Assembly: GCA_002633005.1 (NCBI GenBank)
Contig: NMRA01000213.1
Span: forward strand, 1-64,000
DNA: 64,000 bases
Direction of reading: 5' to 3'
From: Phoronis australis
Lineage: Eukaryota; Animalia; Phoronida
Numbering within the stretch: the first letter of the stretch is position 1; each line of letters starts with the position of its first letter. The notes below the pieces were generated by a model. The model was not told the DNA's origin. It saw only the letters and a list, made by a program, of their open reading frames with translations, and did no database searches. Position numbers and translations under genes: made by a program. Below, one piece after another: positions 58,671 to 64,000 of the stretch.

Positions 58671-59069
58671 CTGTCTGACAGTGCCGGAGTATCCATTAGG
58701 CTATACTAAGGTACAGCTTAGGGCCGCGCTCATAACAGGGGCACTAAAGCAAAAATCTGTAGCATTAATACAATATAATTTTGTTTTGTTTTTACGGGAT
58801 TTTTGTAGCGCTGTGAATTGTCAATATTTTCAATGGTGGCGTAAAGGTGTGTGTGCGTGCTCGTGCGTCATCATATCTGGGATGGAAAATCTCCGTAGTG
58901 TGCCTGTACATGTACGTTGTAACCTAGTTGTTTTCATTTCAAGAAACGTTCGTGTAAACTATCTCACTATTACCGGGATGCGTTTTGGTAATCTAGTGAT
59001 GCCATATAAAAACTTTAAAAAGGGAGACTCAGATTTTTATACTGTGGAGCAGACATTTGGGTTACTAGC

Positions 59070-59897
59070 CTTATATGAAAAGAAATTGAAAATGTTCAAA
59101 CAAAATTCTGTAAACGGTTACTGTCTACTGGTATTAAGACGACCAACGCCATGGCAAAGGGAAAGTATGGCCGTCATGATTTCGCTGTGTCTTATACTGT
59201 ATGTTTAGACCGATAAAATGTTTTTGATAATATTGAAAACGCAAAATGATAGACTTCCAAGACAATGTTTTCCACTTTATATGAAAGACAATAGCCCGTC
59301 AAAATGATTTGTTTAAATAAATGTTACGTACAACTGGTGTTGGTGATGAAGAATATGTTTGTCGGAATTCAAACAAAGGCTGAGAAATGTTAAATTTCAA
59401 AGTTGGTTGTCTGTAGAAGATAATACAAATAAGTAAGAATTTTACAGAGGAATTAAGTCCGAGTTGTCTTGTGAAAAGTATTTGTGTGGTGAGATAACGC
59501 ATCAGCAGATATTTTACATAGCGAATATCAGATGCTTAACTCCCACATTAGAAATTGAAAGCGGCAGAAGAAATAGTATTCCCCGAAGTAAAAGAACTTG
59601 TAACATTTGTAGTACAGGAGAGACTGAAACTGGAGAGCATTTCATGTGACGGTGTCCAATACTAGTAAATTTAAGAAATATGAGATTAACACCACGCTGC
59701 CACGATATCAAGTCTCATTTTAACTCGAGAACATCAAACAATTTTAAAAGACATTTCAGTGTATGTACAAAGGCCAAAGATAATTAGAAACGAAATATTA
59801 AATCTTTAATGACAACACCCATGTATAAAGTTTGTATATACTATTGTGAACTGTCGGACGATGGCCTCTTGTTCAAATAAATAAAGTTATTATTATA
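59070..59897 (+). mobile_element. 5'-truncated, decayed non-LTR retrotransposon (RTE-X-like C-terminus)
   Basis: Frameshifted peptides KFCKRLL...TNAMAKGKYGRH, DRLPRQCF and LEIESGRRNSIPRSKRTCNIC...EHFM*RCP (CCHC); 3' end AATAAAGTTATTATTAT. Confidence 0.75.
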
Positions 59898-60324
59898 AGT
59901 TACAAAAGCGTTGAATAGCTTTTAATGCAATTCTATTGCTTACATTAATTACGCGTATGCAATGCGTTTGCTGCTTTCTCAACAATTAAGTCGGGCATTT
60001 TATTATACTTACCGTTGTCTTTAAGTTAAAATGAAGCAAACATACAACAGCGGTCACCAGAAAAGAAAACAAAGGCGACAGTTGGAAAAGAACTTGAAAA
60101 ATCCCCAAACCTAAATACTTTCATTTCACTAAAGCTACGGAAAACAAAGGAGTATCTCAAAAACTAAACACAAATCTCAACATTCTTCTGAACAGCCATT
60201 ACACGAATATTCTGGCATTGAGTCATCCGAGCGCTCCACATTATGAGACCCTAATCCTGAAAGCAAGTCAAAAAACGGTTGACAATTTATCACTCAACAA
60301 CCCGATAAATACTGAAACGTTCAC

Positions 60325-62050
60325 CATAGGCGGATTTAGGGGGGGCCCAGGGGGCCCGGCCCCCCCCCCCCCTTGGCTGCCGCAAAAAAAATAAAACAGA
60401 GCGTAGGGAAATGTTGATCTTATTAATTAACCCCGGTAATTAAAATTATACGGATGAAACAATATTTAAATGTGTGCAGTTTTCATAGGCGGATTTAGGG
60501 GGGGGGGNNNNNNNNNNNNNNNNNNNNNNNNNNNNNNNNNNNNNNNNNNNNNNNNNNNNNNNNNNNNNNNNNNNNNNNNNNNNNNNNNNNNNNNNNNNNN
60601 NNNNNNNNNNNNNNNNNNNNNNNNNNNNNNNNNNNNNNNNNNNNNNNNNNNNNNNNNNNNNNNNNNNNNNNNNNNNNNNNNNNNNNNNNNNNNNNNNNNN
60701 NNNNNNNNNNNNNNNNNNNNNNNNNNNNNNNNNNNNNNNNNNNNNNNNNNNNNNNNNNNNNNNNNNNNNNNNNNNNNNNNNNNNNNNNNNNNNNNNNNNN
60801 NNNNNNNNNNNNNNNNNNNNNNNNNNNNNNNNNNNNNNNNNNNNNNNNNNNNNNNNNNNNNNNNNNNNNNNNNNNNNNNNNNNNNNNNNNNNNNNNNNNN
60901 NNNNNNNNNNNNNNNNNNNNNNNNNNNNNNNNNNNNNNNNNNNNNNNNNNNNNNNNNNNNNNNNNNNNNNNNNNNNNNNNNNNNNNNNNNNNNNNNNNNN
61001 NNNNNNNNNNNNNNNNNNNNNNNNNNNNNNNNNNNNNNNNNNNNNNNNNNNNNNNNNNNNNNNNNNNNNNNNNNNNNNNNNNNNNNNNNNNNNNNNNNNN
61101 NNNNNNNNNNNNNNNNNNNNNNNNNNNNNNNNNNNNNNNNNNNNNNNNNNNNNNNNNNNNNNCCCCCCCTTGTGATATCCTAGATCCGCCACTGGTTTTA
61201 GTGTTGGGGGGGGGCTCAAATCCAATTTCAAGTGTCAAATTCGGAACACGGCGCATTCGTAACGGAACTATGGTTAAGTATAGCCTCTCCCGCGATATCC
61301 CAGGCGACCGGCAGTGGCGCTGCGCACTACGACTCAGTTTCCGTCGTCTGCTCCACTGTGCAATGAAGAAAATTTACTTCATTTTTAAAGAAAATGGAAC
61401 CTGAGTGACGATGAAAAAACAGAAGCTGTTGGTAAGATGGGAATTTTAATCGAAGCCTTAGTGAATCACTCAGAAACTCGCAATACTGTCTTTGTCAAAC
61501 CTTATGTTAAGACGATTTCCAAAGCAATCCCGTCATTATTGCCAACACGAAAAACGGATTTGGTCTTTTGGGCATTTGAAGACTATTTTAAATACGACAA
61601 ATTTATTAAGAATCGATGGCAAAAAGCGTGTAATAAGCATTACAAAAAGAAGTAGGTTTCGCGCGCAAACGCTGTGGACCAAAACCAAGTAGGTCTCTTA
61701 TTATGAGAGTAGTAGTGAAATCGTGGTGGTGTAGTGGTAACGCACGCGCGCTCTATGCGCAAGGTCGTGAGCTCGAGTCTTTGATACTTTCAGTTTTTCC
61801 TGTTTAACACGTTCTCCGTGTTTTGTTTTTGCCTTTTTTTCTTAGATAATACTTCAGGAATCAAGGAAAATACTTGATTTTTAGAGGTAAAAACAGAAAA
61901 ATTTCATGGGCGGGAGGGGGGAAACCCCCCTCCCGACCTCCCCCCATTCGGTGCTATGCGCATCTACAATCGTGGTTCAGTTTGCGCAAATGTTTACAGC
62001 CGGACAAAATGTTGGCCCCCCCCCCTTGTGATATCCTAGATCCGCTACTG
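60325..62050. mobile_element. ~1-kb 5-bp-TSD element (TSD TTCAC) containing a nested copy of itself
   Basis: TTCAC|CATAGGCGGATTTAGG ... CCTAGATCCGCTACTG|TTCAC; last ~125 bp nearly identical to 58545-58670. Confidence 0.88.
60484..61194. mobile_element. Nested copy of the same element (TSD GTTTT; interior is an N gap)
   Basis: GTTTT|CATAGGCGGATTTAGG ... CCTAGATCCGCCACTG|GTTTT. Confidence 0.85.
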
Positions 62051-64000
62051 TTCACAGACCCATTTTCAACAGTTGGGTTCGTTACCAGAAGACGAAATGT
62101 CCACTAGGTCCACAACGATTCTTCAGTTCAGACTACTTTGATTGAGGTAGTCCATTTGAAAAATCAAAGCGATCATTTACATGTATAAAACAGATCGACA
62201 TTGATCAAAAGGTACCTTTCAATCCAAGACAATTGATGAAGAAATTTAAGACCAAGAGTGGTTAGCGTTTTCCTTTTGATCAAGATCTGGCCATGTCTCT
62301 TGTTTTGGTTGCAACTTTTTCAAGATCCAAAAATTCTTTTGTCACGAGCGGCTTTTCCCACTGGCGAAATCAAGTCCCAGTTGAAATATCGAAGAAGGAA
62401 TATCCAGCCGATGTAGACGAAAATCTTCAATTGGTGAACCGCTGCTACATTTCCATACTTGCGTGAAGCAGAATAACTGTTTTTTCACAAGCATGAAGTG
62501 TACCTCCACGGAAACAGCTCCAATATTACCATGGTAACCGATATTTTAGTGTCGGTGACGTTTCTGTTTACATTGGTGATCAGCCTAGCATGTGATACCA
62601 AAATCATTCAGAAATTATTCTGTTTGAAGCAGAAACTGCAGTAGAAAATGTAGTCAAAAATGACTCATTCCGCATCAAGAAATTGCCTCATTTTGCTCTC
62701 CAGAACACTTCCCTTGTATCTCCTAAACCACCAAACTGTGGTGTCAAACTTCACCCAATTTCTCTCATCCCTAATGTGATGTATTAGACTAAACACGGTT
62801 CTGAATGGCTGACCCCCACCTTGCCGCTTGTTGGCTGTACTGTGGTCGGTGGATCGTGGACTGATACTTAATTATTTGTCTAATACACAATTTGAGACCA
62901 TTTTCATAACCGTCTCGATAGTTTGAATTAGAAGTTGTATACAGCGAAAGAAGCCACGTCTCTGACTGTTGAGATCGTAGACTAGCGTTGCGCGACCGCC
63001 TGCTGCCTAGGTCAGGTGTAGTTTACGAAAAGAAAAAACATACCAGACCAAACTAGACGGTACGTAGGCCTACTTATTGAATTGTAAGGCATGTACGCCT
63101 AATCAGTATATAAAGCACAATTCAATATTAGAAAGACTGAATGGTGTTTCGGCTATTATTATGGTGAGCATAAACTTAAATAAATGTTGTTTTCTGATGA
63201 CTGTTTCAGCTCAAGAGGTGTTTTACTTGATTTCGGTTTTGTGGTAAGGTTATACACGCATAACTTTTCTGTGAGGTTTGGTTTTATCTTACTTTCTATG
63301 AAAAAACAACCACAAAGCGTCATCCAACAAAACGAAATCGAAATCTTGTGAACCTCATCTTACTTTCTGAAAATTACAGAGAAACGAAATAATAAGCCGA
63401 GAAACGAAACAAAGAACTGGGAATCTTAAAGCCGACGTACAACAGACAAAATGCCAATTTAACGCGTGAAATACATAAATGTTGGAACAGCAAATTCTTG
63501 TATTTTACTTTCCTCTGTCACTAATCAATTACAGCGTACTTTACTTATAACTAAATTCGTAATCCCTTTGACCGACCTAGACAATTTGTCAACCAATCGG
63601 CATAGCTGTTACGATGACATAACGTTGCGCCTGGACTCTGTGTTCCTGTTGCCATCATTGCGTCTTCTCACTTCGATATAGTGCTCTAATGATAATCGTT
63701 ACATGAAAATAACTTGATGTGATAACTAATTTTACTTGCATTTGACAGGTAACACTTGGAATTAATAGGTACCAAAAACGAAAGAAAACAGTAAAGTTTC
63801 CGTGAAAAATCAGGATTCAGCATCAAAACATTTCGACTGCAAAACCTGAGCGCTCTCTGTCTTCATGGAAACAAAACGGAACCTTTTGCAATGCTTGATC
63901 CAAATTTCTACAAGTTTGTTGGATGGACTCTCTGAAAAATACCTATACATGTATGCATCGAGCGTCAAGTGCAATTTGTTGCAGTCGATACATATTTTGA

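Larger units (their letters stand above)
60031..62385 (+). pseudogene. Decayed hAT/ZMYM1-like transposase N-terminus (TTF zinc-finger remnant) interrupted by insertions
   Basis: MKQTYNSGHQKRKQRRQLE at 60031; after the insertion, EWLAFSF (62256) and FVTSGFSHWRN (62338) in different frames, resembling the WLxYS...FxxxGFxxWK pattern. Confidence 0.5.

Noticed and set aside
58681-59208. 175-aa ORF
   Set aside because: GTG start and no recognisable domain; its 3' part overlaps the LINE fragment in a different frame.
57595-61256. Long ORFs of 237-339 aa in the ORF track
   Set aside because: They consist almost entirely of X translated from N gaps.

Overview
AT-rich (about 37-40% GC, by eye), intron-rich animal genomic DNA. 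Repeat types and splice signals suggest a heterozygous marine invertebrate bilaterian draft assembly (inference); it has N gaps and single-N contig joins. Two spliced genes on the + strand can be rebuilt by hand with consistent intron phases. The first is mitochondrial NAD-dependent isocitrate dehydrogenase subunit alpha (IDH3A; 10 coding exons, 82-10384, 364 aa). The second is a CCDC87 orthologue (26 core plus 3 candidate cassette exons, 19812-55905, about 1050-1110 aa). Introns and intergenic DNA hold many non-autonomous transposons: Harbinger-, hAT-, Kolobok- and pogo-like MITEs, a Helentron/DINE-1-like element, tRNA-SINEs, an RTE-X-like LINE fragment and a hAT transposase fossil. Most notable: (a) the Helentron-like element carries about 11 co-oriented CTCF-like motifs at about 146-bp spacing; (b) a duplicated splice acceptor plus cofactor-binding-loop codons lies just before IDH3A exon 9; (c) a duplicated IDH3A 3' region shows both empty and MITE-filled sites and differs at the poly(A) signal; (d) a young ~1-kb element with 5-bp TSDs has inserted into a copy of itself. 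Most of the supplied ORFs are spurious or are exon fragments. All assignments were made by eye without database searches.
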